Source: Candidatus Nealsonbacteria bacterium (lineage in GTDB: Bacteria; Patescibacteriota; Minisyncoccia; Minisyncoccales; CAZKCU01). From it: a DNA stretch of 64,000 nucleotides. Below are positions 54,222 to 62,818 of the stretch, one piece after another. The position numbers and the translations under genes are program-made. The stretch spans positions 253,307 to 317,306 of the forward strand of contig CP179888.1 in the NCBI GenBank assembly GCA_047456305.1, in the 5' to 3' direction. The first letter of the stretch is position 1. The number at the start of each line of letters is the position of its first letter. The notes beneath the pieces were generated by a model, which worked only from the letters and a program-made list of their open reading frames with translations, ran no database searches and had not been told where the DNA came from.

Positions 54222-56720
54222 ATGCAATTCTTCGCTGATTTTCATCTACATTCAAAATATTCAAGAGCGACCTCTCCTCAGATGGATTTGGAAAATCTTG
54301 ATAAGTGGGCAAAAATTAAAGGAATAAAAGTTTTAGGGACTACTGATTTTACCCATCCTATTTGGTTTAAAGAGTTAAAGGAGAAATTAGAACCTGCTGA
54401 GCCAGGTTTATTTAAATTAAAAAATTCAGATTCAGAAACCCGTTTTATTTTAACTACAGAAATTAGCTGCATTTATTCAAAAAAAGGAAGGGTTCGAAAG
54501 ATTCATATTATAGTTTTTGCTCCTGATTTTAAAACAGTTGAAAAAATTAATACCCATTTGGGCTGGATTGGGAATCTAAAATCAGATGGCCGGCCAATTT
54601 TAGGATTAGATGCCAAAGAATTAGCAAAAATTGTTTTAAATGTTTCCGATAGTTGTTTAGTAGTACCTGCTCACTGTTTATTGCCTAATACTTATCTTCA
54701 TAGTAATCTAGGGATCAAAATGATAAAAGATATATCTGTAGGTGATCGTGTTTACACGCATGAAGGGCGATTTAAGAAAGTAGAAAAAGTTTATACAAGA
54801 GCTTATAAAGGGCAAATTTATAACATAAAACCTTACTATTTTAGGATAGGGTTGAAAACTACTTCTGAACATCCTTTTTATATAATTAAGACTCATTGGT
54901 GCCCTAATATGGGGCATACTATTTGCAAGAAGAGTTGTGCCTTTATTGATCACAGTAGTTGTTCTTATAAGTATTTTGAAAATTATCAACCTAAATGGAT
55001 ACAAGCGAAAAATATTAGAAAAGGAGATGTTCTGATTTTTCCTCGCTTTAATAAAATTATTAAGAATATAAAGGAGATAAAACTTAATAGATATTTAAAG
55101 CGAAGCGAATATCAATTAGAAAGAAATTTTATAAAAGCTGCTAGTGGTACCAGAGCGAACTTTATACCCAATACAATAAAAATAACTAAGGGGTTTTGCA
55201 GATTAGTTGGTTATTATTTGTCCGAAGGATATACAGATTATAGAGATTCTGTTTCTTTCTGTTTTAATGAGAAAGAAAAAGATTATATTGAGGATGTAAA
55301 AAATTTGATGGCGAAGATATTTCATCTTTCCTATTGTCGGAAATACAAAAGAAAAAGTAGCAAAAGTACAGAATTAATATTTTTCTCAAAACCTCTCGCT
55401 CAGATTTTTGGTAGATTATTCTATGATGATTCTATTTTAAGAAGAGCCCATACGAAGTGTTTACCCCATTGGATGTTGAATTTACCGCTAGACAAACAGG
55501 TAGAAATTTTAAAAAGTTGGTGGTGGGGAGATACGGGATGTACTTCTTCAAGGATGTTGATGAATCAAATGAAAATAATTTGTCTTAGACTAGGAATAAT
55601 TCCTTCTATTAATCAACAATCTAAAGAAGATTTTAATGAGAAATATGCTCATAAGCATAAAATAGAAGATAGGACTATTTGGGCACAACACGATCATTTT
55701 CATTTCTACGGACTCTCATTTTTCCAAGATTTATTTGGGTTATTGGAAACTTCTGAATTTAAAAAATTTAATACTAAACTTCATCGAAGACATGGATGGA
55801 TTGATGAGGATTATGTTTATATGCCGATTCGCGATATTGAAATCACAAATTATAAAGGAAAGGTTTATAATTTAGAAGTAGAGAAAGATAATTCTTATGT
55901 TAGTGAATTTGCAACAGTTCATAATTGTTGGACTCCATGGTTTGCTTTGTTTGGTTCAAAATCAGGGTTTGATTCAATTGAAGAATGTTTTGAAGATTAT
56001 TCAAAATATATTTTTGCCGGCGAAACTGGGTTATCTGCGAACCCGAAAATGTTTTGGCGGATGCCTGATGGTCGAAAACTTAGTTTAATCTCAAACAGTG
56101 ATTCACACAGTCCGGCCAAGTTGGGCAGAGAAGCAAATGTTTTTGACACGGAATTGAGTTATAATGCGATAATAGAAGCCATTAAACAAAAAGACCCTCA
56201 AAAATTTTTATACACCATTGAATTTTTTCCCGAAGAGGGCAAATATCATTTTGACGGCCACAGGAATTGCAATATAAGTTTAAGTCCGGCTGAAACCAAA
56301 AAATACAATGGAATTTGTCCTCGCTGTGGAAGACCCTTAACTGTTGGAGTTCTAAATCGAGTTGAACAATTAGCCGACCGGCCCGAGGGATTTAAGCCTC
56401 AAGGTGCCATACCTTTTAAAAGTTTGATTCCTTTGGCAGAAATAATTGCTGAAGTTTTAGGTGTTGGGGTTGGCACAAAAGAAGTAGAAAAACAATACAA
56501 GGACCTGATTGAAAAATTCGGTTCAGAATTTAATGTTTTGCTTAACGTTTCTGTTTCTGATTTGAGAGCAGCAACTTTGCCCGAAATTGCCGAAGCCATT
56601 TCAAGAGTCCGCGAGGGAAAAGTGAGTGTTGAGCCAGGCTACGATGGAGTTTATGGGAAAATCAGGATTTTTTCGAAAGGTGAGAAAAAAGACTTATCTC
56701 GCCAAGGAACCTTGTTTTAA
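54222..56720 (+). CDS. EndoQ-like PHP-domain nuclease (TIGR00375-type) interrupted by an intein
   Basis: N-extein FADFHLHSKYSRATS...GTTDFTHPIWF...VVPAH. C-extein CWTPWFALFGSKSGFDSIEE...SNSDSHSP...CPRCGRPLTVGVLNRV. The exteins total about 415 aa. Confidence 0.85.
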   Translation: MQFFADFHLHSKYSRATSPQMDLENLDKWAKIKGIKVLGTTDFTHPIWFKELKEKLEPAEPGLFKLKNSDSETRFILTTEISCIYSKKGRVRKIHIIVFAPDFKTVEKINTHLGWIGNLKSDGRPILGLDAKELAKIVLNVSDSCLVVPAHCLLPNTYLHSNLGIKMIKDISVGDRVYTHEGRFKKVEKVYTRAYKGQIYNIKPYYFRIGLKTTSEHPFYIIKTHWCPNMGHTICKKSCAFIDHSSCSYKYFENYQPKWIQAKNIRKGDVLIFPRFNKIIKNIKEIKLNRYLKRSEYQLERNFIKAASGTRANFIPNTIKITKGFCRLVGYYLSEGYTDYRDSVSFCFNEKEKDYIEDVKNLMAKIFHLSYCRKYKRKSSKSTELIFFSKPLAQIFGRLFYDDSILRRAHTKCLPHWMLNLPLDKQVEILKSWWWGDTGCTSSRMLMNQMKIICLRLGIIPSINQQSKEDFNEKYAHKHKIEDRTIWAQHDHFHFYGLSFFQDLFGLLETSEFKKFNTKLHRRHGWIDEDYVYMPIRDIEITNYKGKVYNLEVEKDNSYVSEFATVHNCWTPWFALFGSKSGFDSIEECFEDYSKYIFAGETGLSANPKMFWRMPDGRKLSLISNSDSHSPAKLGREANVFDTELSYNAIIEAIKQKDPQKFLYTIEFFPEEGKYHFDGHRNCNISLSPAETKKYNGICPRCGRPLTVGVLNRVEQLADRPEGFKPQGAIPFKSLIPLAEIIAEVLGVGVGTKEVEKQYKDLIEKFGSEFNVLLNVSVSDLRAATLPEIAEAISRVREGKVSVEPGYDGVYGKIRIFSKGEKKDLSRQGTLF
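54675..55925 (+). mobile_element. Intein (417 aa) with a LAGLIDADG homing-endonuclease domain
   Basis: Starts at Cys (CLLPNTYL...GDRVYT), block B TTSEHPF, LAGLIDADG motifs LVGYYLSEGY and ILKSWWWGDTG, terminal KVYNLEVEKDNSYVSEFATVHN followed by +1 Cys. 1251 nt, in frame. Confidence 0.85.
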
Positions 56721-56723
56721 AAT

Positions 56724-57086
56724 ATGATCGAAAATTATAAATTTGGTTCAATTACAATCGATGGAAAAACCTATAACCATGATGTTGAAGTTCGCTGGAC
56801 AGATGAAGTTTTAAAATGGTGGAGAAAAGAATCCCATCTGATTGACGCTGAAGACGTAAAAAGAGCAGTTGAACAAAACCCTGACACAATTATTATTGGG
56901 ACTGGAGAATCGGGAATAGCTAGAGTCACCGAAGATACCCAGAGGTTTATTACCAAGGAAAATATCAAACTGATTATTGATAAAACCGGAGAGGCAGTAA
57001 AAACTTTCAACATAATCAAAAGAGAATCGGAGAGAGAAGAAAGGAGACAAAGAAAGGTGATAGGGTTGTTTCACTTGACTTGTTAA
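56724..57086 (+). CDS. Mth938-domain (DUF498) protein
   Basis: YKFGSITIDGKTYNHDVEV...THLIDAEDV...PDTIIIGTGESG...IKLIIDKTGEAVKTFN. Confidence 0.7.
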   Translation: MIENYKFGSITIDGKTYNHDVEVRWTDEVLKWWRKESHLIDAEDVKRAVEQNPDTIIIGTGESGIARVTEDTQRFITKENIKLIIDKTGEAVKTFNIIKRESEREERRQRKVIGLFHLTC

Positions 57087-57266
57087 TTGAATCGTGTATG
57101 ATAGAGTTAGACCGATAAGTCGAGTATCTTAAGTTAAGTCTTGTTAATACTCCAAAATTAGTTTCCAATTTTGGAGGCCACCATTAGCGAAGGCCAAAAT
57201 TAAGCATAGCGACCGAGGGTCTAAAAGGTCGTTTTTTATTAATCTAAATTTAATCTATTAGAATTT

Positions 57267-57473
57267 ATGGCCTTCAAAAAATTCGATGAAACGCCCCGTG
57301 AAGGGGGTTTCCAGCGTCAGATGTTCGATGTTTCTAAAATGAATATTAAATGTCGTGATTGTGGGACAGAAATAACTCAGCTACCTTTTAACCCAGACCC
57401 TGAGAGATTAGATTCTATTCGCTGTCAAGATTGTATGCGTAAATTCCGAGAGCAGAGACCAAGAAGATTTTAG
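57267..57473 (+). CDS. Small zinc-ribbon protein (CxxC-x20-CxxC)
   Basis: IKCRDCGTEITQLPFNPDPERLDSIRCQDCMRKF, basic tail, followed by a terminator. Confidence 0.6.
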   Translation: MAFKKFDETPREGGFQRQMFDVSKMNIKCRDCGTEITQLPFNPDPERLDSIRCQDCMRKFREQRPRRF

Positions 57474-57491
57474 TTTTATTCTTCAGCTAAC

Positions 57492-57518
57492 AAAAAACCC
57501 GCTCTTGGCGGGTTTTTT
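57492..57518. terminator. Rho-independent (bidirectional) terminator
   Basis: aaaaaaCCCGC-tcttg-GCGGGtttttt lies between convergent genes. Confidence 0.8.
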
Positions 57519-57555
57519 GTTATAATGGATTTATTTCTCAGTCGCCTCTCTATTG

Positions 57556-58659
57556 TTAAAAATTTTTACCTAAAAAGGAAATTGAGCTTCCTTTGACCTT
57601 AAATTTTCCTTCAATGAATTTTTCAATTACCCAGATGTTAGTTTTACAATGATTGGTAATTTCTGAAACTGTAACTTGGTTTTTGCCAGGGGCTAAGGCC
57701 ATAAAAATTAAAATTTGATCTCCTAAATGTTTATCCAAACAGGCTCCAGATTTCTGTTCTTTTAATAATTCCAAAGCTGCTTCTTTGCCTACATCTTCTG
57801 CCCTCTTACCTAATTTTCCCAAATTATCGGTTCCAATTACTGTATTTTCAAATTCGACAATTAGGCAAATTTGACTGCCCGGGCATTGAGTTTGATAATA
57901 CTCAATTTTTTCTTCAATGGGTAATTTTAATTTTCCTAAAATCTCTCTTACCCCAGCAATTTGGCGCTCAGCCACTTTTTTATCTTTCAAGATATTTGAG
58001 GCTCCGGAGATTACTAAAATTTTTTTAAGTGAACCTCGCTCAGTAAGATTAAGATTTTTTAGTTTAGACGGAAAAACTCTTATCTCCACTTTTGCTCCAC
58101 CTTCTGGGTAATATCCTCGTTTTAAAACACTGATTTCAACTAGCGGAGAACGGTTCTCCGTCAAATTCATTTTTTCTAAAGTTGGTAAAAAGACATAGCG
58201 AAAATAATCAATAGTAGGCGAGAAAAAAGTATCAGTTGCTCCGCCAGTAAAAATAATTTTTAGAGGCTTGCCCTCCCAAATTTTGTTAGACAAAACTTGG
58301 GAGGGTGAAGGAGCAAATAAAGCCGGCAGAATCAAAGTTTGTAAAACTAAGGTTATGCTTCCAGCAGTAGGAATATTTACAGAGACCCGGTCTCTGTAAA
58401 TATCTCCAGGGTAAAACTTAATTTCTTCACTTTCTAATCTATCACCTTCTAACCGTCCATTACAGAACTGTGCCAAAGCTTGAATGCCTAAAAGATGTTG
58501 AATGGACAGGCCCGGTTTGGGCCTCGACTTGCGAATATTGAAAATTCGGCAGGGTTTTTGAGTTACTGCCGAAAGAGCGCAGGCACTTCGTAAAGTTTGA
58601 CCTCCGCCGGAGCCGTAGGAACCGTCAATTTCAATAAGATTTTGATTTGGCATAATCAA
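57556..58659 (-). CDS. rtcA: RNA 3'-terminal phosphate cyclase
   Basis: IDGSYGSGGGQTLRSACALS, RPKPGLSIQHL, GGATD, DKHLGDQIL. Carries an in-frame palindromic element. Confidence 0.9.
   Translation of the reverse strand: MIMPNQNLIEIDGSYGSGGGQTLRSACALSAVTQKPCRIFNIRKSRPKPGLSIQHLLGIQALAQFCNGRLEGDRLESEEIKFYPGDIYRDRVSVNIPTAGSITLVLQTLILPALFAPSPSQVLSNKIWEGKPLKIIFTGGATDTFFSPTIDYFRYVFLPTLEKMNLTENRSPLVEISVLKRGYYPEGGAKVEIRVFPSKLKNLNLTERGSLKKILVISGASNILKDKKVAERQIAGVREILGKLKLPIEEKIEYYQTQCPGSQICLIVEFENTVIGTDNLGKLGKRAEDVGKEAALELLKEQKSGACLDKHLGDQILIFMALAPGKNQVTVSEITNHCKTNIWVIEKFIEGKFKVKGSSISFLGKNF
58271..58305. repeat. 35-nt palindromic element inside the rtcA CDS
   Basis: ccctcccaaattttg-ttaga-caaaacttgggaggg. 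Family partner of 41996..42032. Confidence 0.85.
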
Positions 58660-58780
58660 CTAAAATTTTCTTCTTCATTAATTTTAGCACGATATTTAGA
58701 TTTTTTAATTTTTAATGTAGGAGGCTTGACAGAGTTTCTTGGTATAATAGAATAAGTTATTGGAGAGAAACTTAAGGGGC

Positions 58781-58808
58781 TTGACAAGAGTCCTCCAGTG
58801 AGTAAAAT
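58781..58808 (+). promoter_or_regulatory. Sigma70-type promoter for the greA leader
   Basis: ggcTTGACA-16 nt-TAAAAT. Shares the ggcttgaca context with the promoter at 45508. Confidence 0.5.
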
Positions 58809-59021
58809 AAAATCGAAGAGATTGTAAATACTCCGCAATTAAAAAAAATTATGTCGAGAAATCAAAAAAATTCACACCTTAGGATTAGAAAAACCTGTTT
58901 TCCAACTGGCATTGTTTGGGTTATGGTTTATTCCACCCCACTTGCCAAAGAAGTTTTTCGGGAGGATTCGGGAATTAGATTAAATAGATAAATAAAGCTC
59001 GACAATAAATAAAGAATTTCC

Positions 59022-59049
59022 AAACCTCCCGAAAGGGGGGTTTGTCCTT
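59022..59049 (+). terminator. Leader terminator or attenuator hairpin immediately upstream of greA
   Basis: CCTCCC-gaaa-GGGGGG followed by tttgtcctt. The upstream CGGGAGG (58959..58965) can pair alternatively with CCTCCCG. Confidence 0.45.
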
Positions 59050-59051
59050 AT

Positions 59052-59528
59052 ATGACAAAAGAAAAGAAGTTTTATTTAACTAAAGAAGGATTAGAGAAAA
59101 TAAAGAAAGAATACAAAGACCTCAAAGATCTCAAATTTTTTAAAACCAAGGGAGAGATGCCCAAAATTTGGCATTCCGAGGATTTAAATCCTGAATACCT
59201 CTCTTTCCAGGAAGATTTAAGTTTTCTAGAGACAAGGATAGCTGAACTTGAATACATTTTTAAAAGTGCGGAATTAATTAAAGTCCCCTCAAAAGAAAAA
59301 CAAAATATCATTAATTTAGGAGCTCAGGTAATAATTGAGGTCGATGGTCAAACCGATGAATTTGAAATCGTTGGAACATTAGAGGCCAATCCTGCTATTG
59401 GTAAAATTTCTAATGAATCTCCGGTTGGAAAAATTCTTTTGGGTCATAAAGTTGGTGATGAGGTTGTTATATCTTCGCCAGTTATGACAACTTATAAAAT
59501 AAAGAAAATAAAATACAATATTTCTTAG
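59052..59528 (+). CDS. greA: Transcription elongation factor GreA
   Basis: N-terminal coiled-coil LTKEGLEKIKKEYKDL; C-terminal ISNESPVGKILLGHKVGDEV. 158 aa. Confidence 0.88.
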   Translation: MTKEKKFYLTKEGLEKIKKEYKDLKDLKFFKTKGEMPKIWHSEDLNPEYLSFQEDLSFLETRIAELEYIFKSAELIKVPSKEKQNIINLGAQVIIEVDGQTDEFEIVGTLEANPAIGKISNESPVGKILLGHKVGDEVVISSPVMTTYKIKKIKYNIS

Positions 59529-59555
59529 AATAATTTCAATTACCTCAGATTATTT

Positions 59556-59579
59556 AGAGAGGATTTTTCCTCTCTTTTT
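59556..59579 (+). terminator. Rho-independent terminator after greA
   Basis: agagagga-tttt-tcctctct followed by tttt. Confidence 0.75.
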
Positions 59580-59620
59580 AATTCATTGAGTCTATGGTAA
59601 AATTAAATGAAGAATGAAGT

Positions 59621-60238
59621 ATGAAAAATATCCTCAATTTTTTAATTGAAGTTGGAAAGTTAAAAGGAATACCAAGGAAGGGTTGGGTACTAAGAGGAAT
59701 AAAAAATCCTGAGACAATTGCTTCCCATACTTTTAGAATAGCCATTATGTCTTGGCTTTTGGGTAGAGAAAAGAAAATTAATATAAATAAGGTTATTAAA
59801 ATATCTTTAATTCATGACCTCTGTGAAGTCTATGCTGGAGACACTACCCCCTATGATAATAAGCTTTTTTCTAAAGATAAGAAAAAGTGGAAGGAAATAA
59901 CTAAAAAATGGCCTAGGTTTTCGAAAGAAGAAAAAGAAAAAATTTCTCAAAAAAAATATAAAAAGGAAAACAAAGCATTGGAGAAACTCATTTTAAACCT
60001 ATCCCCAGATTTAAAGAAAGAAATAAGAAGTCTTTGGAATGATTATGAGAAAGGTTTAACAAGAGAAGGAAAATTTGTTCGTCAACTAGATCGGGTAGAA
60101 AATTTATTACAGGCTATGGAATATTGGGAAAAAGATAAGCAATTTGCAATTGAACCTTGGTGGATTCAAATAGAAGAATTAGTAGATGACCCAATTTTGC
60201 TTAAATTTATTAAAGAGATGGAAAAAAAATTTTATTAA
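59621..60238 (+). CDS. HD-domain phosphohydrolase (YfbR-like 5'-nucleotidase family)
   Basis: PRKGWVLRGI..PETIASHTFR...LIHDLCEVYAGDTTP. Confidence 0.8.
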   Translation: MKNILNFLIEVGKLKGIPRKGWVLRGIKNPETIASHTFRIAIMSWLLGREKKININKVIKISLIHDLCEVYAGDTTPYDNKLFSKDKKKWKEITKKWPRFSKEEKEKISQKKYKKENKALEKLILNLSPDLKKEIRSLWNDYEKGLTREGKFVRQLDRVENLLQAMEYWEKDKQFAIEPWWIQIEELVDDPILLKFIKEMEKKFY

Positions 60239-60274
60239 ATAGAGAAATTAAAGAGAAAATAAGGAACAGAACAT

Positions 60275-60517
60275 ATGGAGTGTAAAAAAGACTACAACCC
60301 GCCCACCGCGTCCTCCCATTCGCTTAAATGCGAGCGGGCCCCTCAAAATTTAAGAGATTGCCCCTGTACTTATCCTGGCTGTCCAAGAAAAGGAATTTGT
60401 TGCCAGTGTCTAAAATATCATTTGGAAAATAACGAACTTCCAGCCTGTTGTTTTTCTAAAGAGGCAGAAAGAACTTATGACCGCTCCTTTAAGAAATTTA
60501 TTGCAGAGTTTAAATAA
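60275..60517 (+). CDS. Small Cys-rich protein
   Basis: CPCTYPGCPRKGICCQCLKYHLENNELPACCF. The N-terminal ~25 codons are unusually GC-rich with internal inverted repeats. Confidence 0.55.
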   Translation: MECKKDYNPPTASSHSLKCERAPQNLRDCPCTYPGCPRKGICCQCLKYHLENNELPACCFSKEAERTYDRSFKKFIAEFK

Positions 60518-60522
60518 AAGTT

Positions 60523-61482
60523 ATGAGAGAAACAATTTTAGATTTTCCAAAACAATTTAAAGAAGGCATAGAAAAAGCAAAAGATGTTAGGGTTGAGGGA
60601 AGATTTGAAAATATTATAATTTGTGGAATGGGTGGTTCAGCTTTACCTGCTGACCTTTTACTTATTTTTTTTAATGATTTGAAATTACCCCTCTATATTC
60701 ATCGCAGCTACAACCTTCCTCCTCAAGCAACTAAAGAAAGCTTAATAATTTGTATTTCTTTTTCCGGGAATACTAAAGAGACAATTTCAACCTTTAAAGA
60801 AGCTCAAGAAAGAAAACTTAAAGCAGCAGCTATTACTGCTGGAGGAGAACTTGCAAAGTCTGCCAAAAAATATAATACGCCTCTTGTTTTTCTGCCTTCT
60901 GTCAAAATCCAACCCCGCTGGGCCTTCGGCTATCTTTTTGGGGCTTTGATTAAAGTCTTATCTAATTCTGGAGTGATTGAAGATAATTCTGATGAGATTT
61001 TAAAAATAGCTGAAAAGCTAAAACCCCTTGAATTAGAAACTCAGGGTAAAAGTTTAGCTAAAAAATTAGTTGGCAAAATTCCCCTTGTCTATGCTTCAAA
61101 TAAATTTAAATCTTTGGCTCGGATTTGGAAAATAAATTTCAATGAAAATTCAAAAATAATGGCTTTTTGGAACTATTTTCCTGAACTTATTCATGACGAG
61201 ATTGTAGGATATAGCAATCTCAAAAATTTTCATGTGATTATACTTCGAGATTCAGATGACCATCCAAAGATTTTAAAAGCAATGGACTTAACCGCTGATT
61301 TATTAAAGCAGAAAGGCATTGAAGTTGATTTTGTTGAACTTGAGAAAAAAAATGTTTTAGAAAAAGTGTTTAACAATTTAATTCTCTCTGATTGGGTAAG
61401 CTATTATTTGGCAAAAGAATATAAAATTGATCCAACTCCAGTAGAAATTGTGGAAGAATTTAAGAAAAAATTGAAAGAGTAA
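60523..61482 (+). CDS. Bifunctional phosphoglucose/phosphomannose isomerase (SIS domain)
   Basis: IIICGMGGSALPADLL, ICISFSGNTKET. Length and architecture fit the PGI/PMI family. Confidence 0.75.
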   Translation: MRETILDFPKQFKEGIEKAKDVRVEGRFENIIICGMGGSALPADLLLIFFNDLKLPLYIHRSYNLPPQATKESLIICISFSGNTKETISTFKEAQERKLKAAAITAGGELAKSAKKYNTPLVFLPSVKIQPRWAFGYLFGALIKVLSNSGVIEDNSDEILKIAEKLKPLELETQGKSLAKKLVGKIPLVYASNKFKSLARIWKINFNENSKIMAFWNYFPELIHDEIVGYSNLKNFHVIILRDSDDHPKILKAMDLTADLLKQKGIEVDFVELEKKNVLEKVFNNLILSDWVSYYLAKEYKIDPTPVEIVEEFKKKLKE

Positions 61483-61573
61483 GTGAGCCCATTAGAAATT
61501 TGGAACTCAAGAGTAATTTCCCGAGTTTTTTTCTCGGACTTTTTGTGTTAAGATATTAAAAATAAAATCATTT

Positions 61574-62818
61574 ATGTCCAAAAAATGCTCCAGGACAATT
61601 TGTTTTGTCCACTATGGAATCGGTTGGAAAGATGGCGTTAATATGGCCTTTAAAACTTTGGCTCAGGAAATTAAAAAAAAGGAGCCTTCTTTGAATTTCT
61701 GCTTTTTGGGCGGTGTAATTAAAGAACGGTTTTTAAAGCCTGCTCTTTATAAAGTAATACCTGAACTTCTTCCCAAAAGAACCAAATTAACTAAAGACTA
61801 TATTCAAAAAAAGAGCAAAATTATTGCTAAAAAACTTGCCAAAAACACTGAAGCAATGGAAGTGGTAGTTATTGAAAATCCTTTTTTAGGTAGTTATAAT
61901 TTGCCGGTTATGCTGGGATATTCTCTTTATGCCAGTTGCCAAAAACCAAAAGGGACCAAAGTATTTTTTAGAATTCATGATTTCTATAAAGATTTTCCAA
62001 GATATTCTAAAGAGCTTCAAAAAATTTTTTCTCCTCAAGAAATTAAAGAAATTACCAATGGAAAAGGCGTCGATGGTTTTTTAATAATTAATCGTAGGCT
62101 CCGAGAAAAGCTAATTAAAGAAGGAGTGTCCAAAGAAAAAATATTTTATCTACCCAACGGGATTAATGAAAAAATATTTAACAAACCTTTGACTAAAAAA
62201 GAAGAGAGGTTGATTTGCCAAAGTTTAAAAATTCCTCCACAAAAAACAAAAAAAAGCAAAATTTTACTTTATCCAGTCCGAATAATACCAAGAAAAAACA
62301 TTGAAGAGGCAATCTTGCTAACTGCCCTTATTCGAAAGATAACAAAGGAAAACTATATTTTGATAATTTCTGGTAAAGTTGACAAAAATGACCCTTTGAG
62401 CAAAACTTATTATACTAGGTTAAAGAAACTCAAGAGATTAGCAAGCTTCCCGATAATTTTCACTAAAAATAGAATAAAAAAATTCAATATAGGTGATTTA
62501 TATCAAATTTCTGAGGCTATCTTGATGACCAGCAGAAAAGAAGGTTTTGGCTATCCTTTTTTGGAATGCTGGTTTGCCCGAAAAATTGTTATTGGCCGGC
62601 GGATTGAAGAGGTTATAAGGGATTTTGAAAAAAGCGGGCTCAGGTTTTGGTGGCTTTACCGTCAATTTTCTATTCCTGCTTTAATTAAACAGATTGAACT
62701 TCTTCAAAATAGAAAGAAACAAAAACAAATTATTGTTGCTAACCTAAAGGCAGCCAGAAAGGTCTATAAAATATCAAAGGTTAGCAAGAATTTTTTGAAA
62801 TTGGTTGGTCTAAAATGA
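61574..62818 (+). CDS. GT-B (group 1 / GT4-like) glycosyltransferase
   Basis: C-terminal SRKEGFGYPFLECWFARKIVIG (E-x7-E-like motif). Confidence 0.6.
   Translation: MSKKCSRTICFVHYGIGWKDGVNMAFKTLAQEIKKKEPSLNFCFLGGVIKERFLKPALYKVIPELLPKRTKLTKDYIQKKSKIIAKKLAKNTEAMEVVVIENPFLGSYNLPVMLGYSLYASCQKPKGTKVFFRIHDFYKDFPRYSKELQKIFSPQEIKEITNGKGVDGFLIINRRLREKLIKEGVSKEKIFYLPNGINEKIFNKPLTKKEERLICQSLKIPPQKTKKSKILLYPVRIIPRKNIEEAILLTALIRKITKENYILIISGKVDKNDPLSKTYYTRLKKLKRLASFPIIFTKNRIKKFNIGDLYQISEAILMTSRKEGFGYPFLECWFARKIVIGRRIEEVIRDFEKSGLRFWWLYRQFSIPALIKQIELLQNRKKQKQIIVANLKAARKVYKISKVSKNFLKLVGLK

Noticed and set aside
57087-57266. The intergenic region with hairpins (tccaaaatt-N7-aattttgga; ggcc…ggcc; gacc…ggtc tttttt) was considered as a small RNA.
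   Set aside because: The stems are AT-rich or short, there is no clear promoter, and the region does not resemble the repeat families. The evidence is insufficient for a feature call.
58726-58748. A TTGACA … TATAAT pair upstream of the greA leader.
   Set aside because: The hexamers are separated by only 11 nt, which is incompatible with a sigma70-type promoter. The downstream TTGACA-16-TAAAAT is retained instead.
58656-58838. A 60-aa ORF upstream of and overlapping the rtcA start; also ORF 54121..54312.
   Set aside because: These are short, hydrophobic, low-complexity sequences lying in promoter or intergenic DNA, with no start context.
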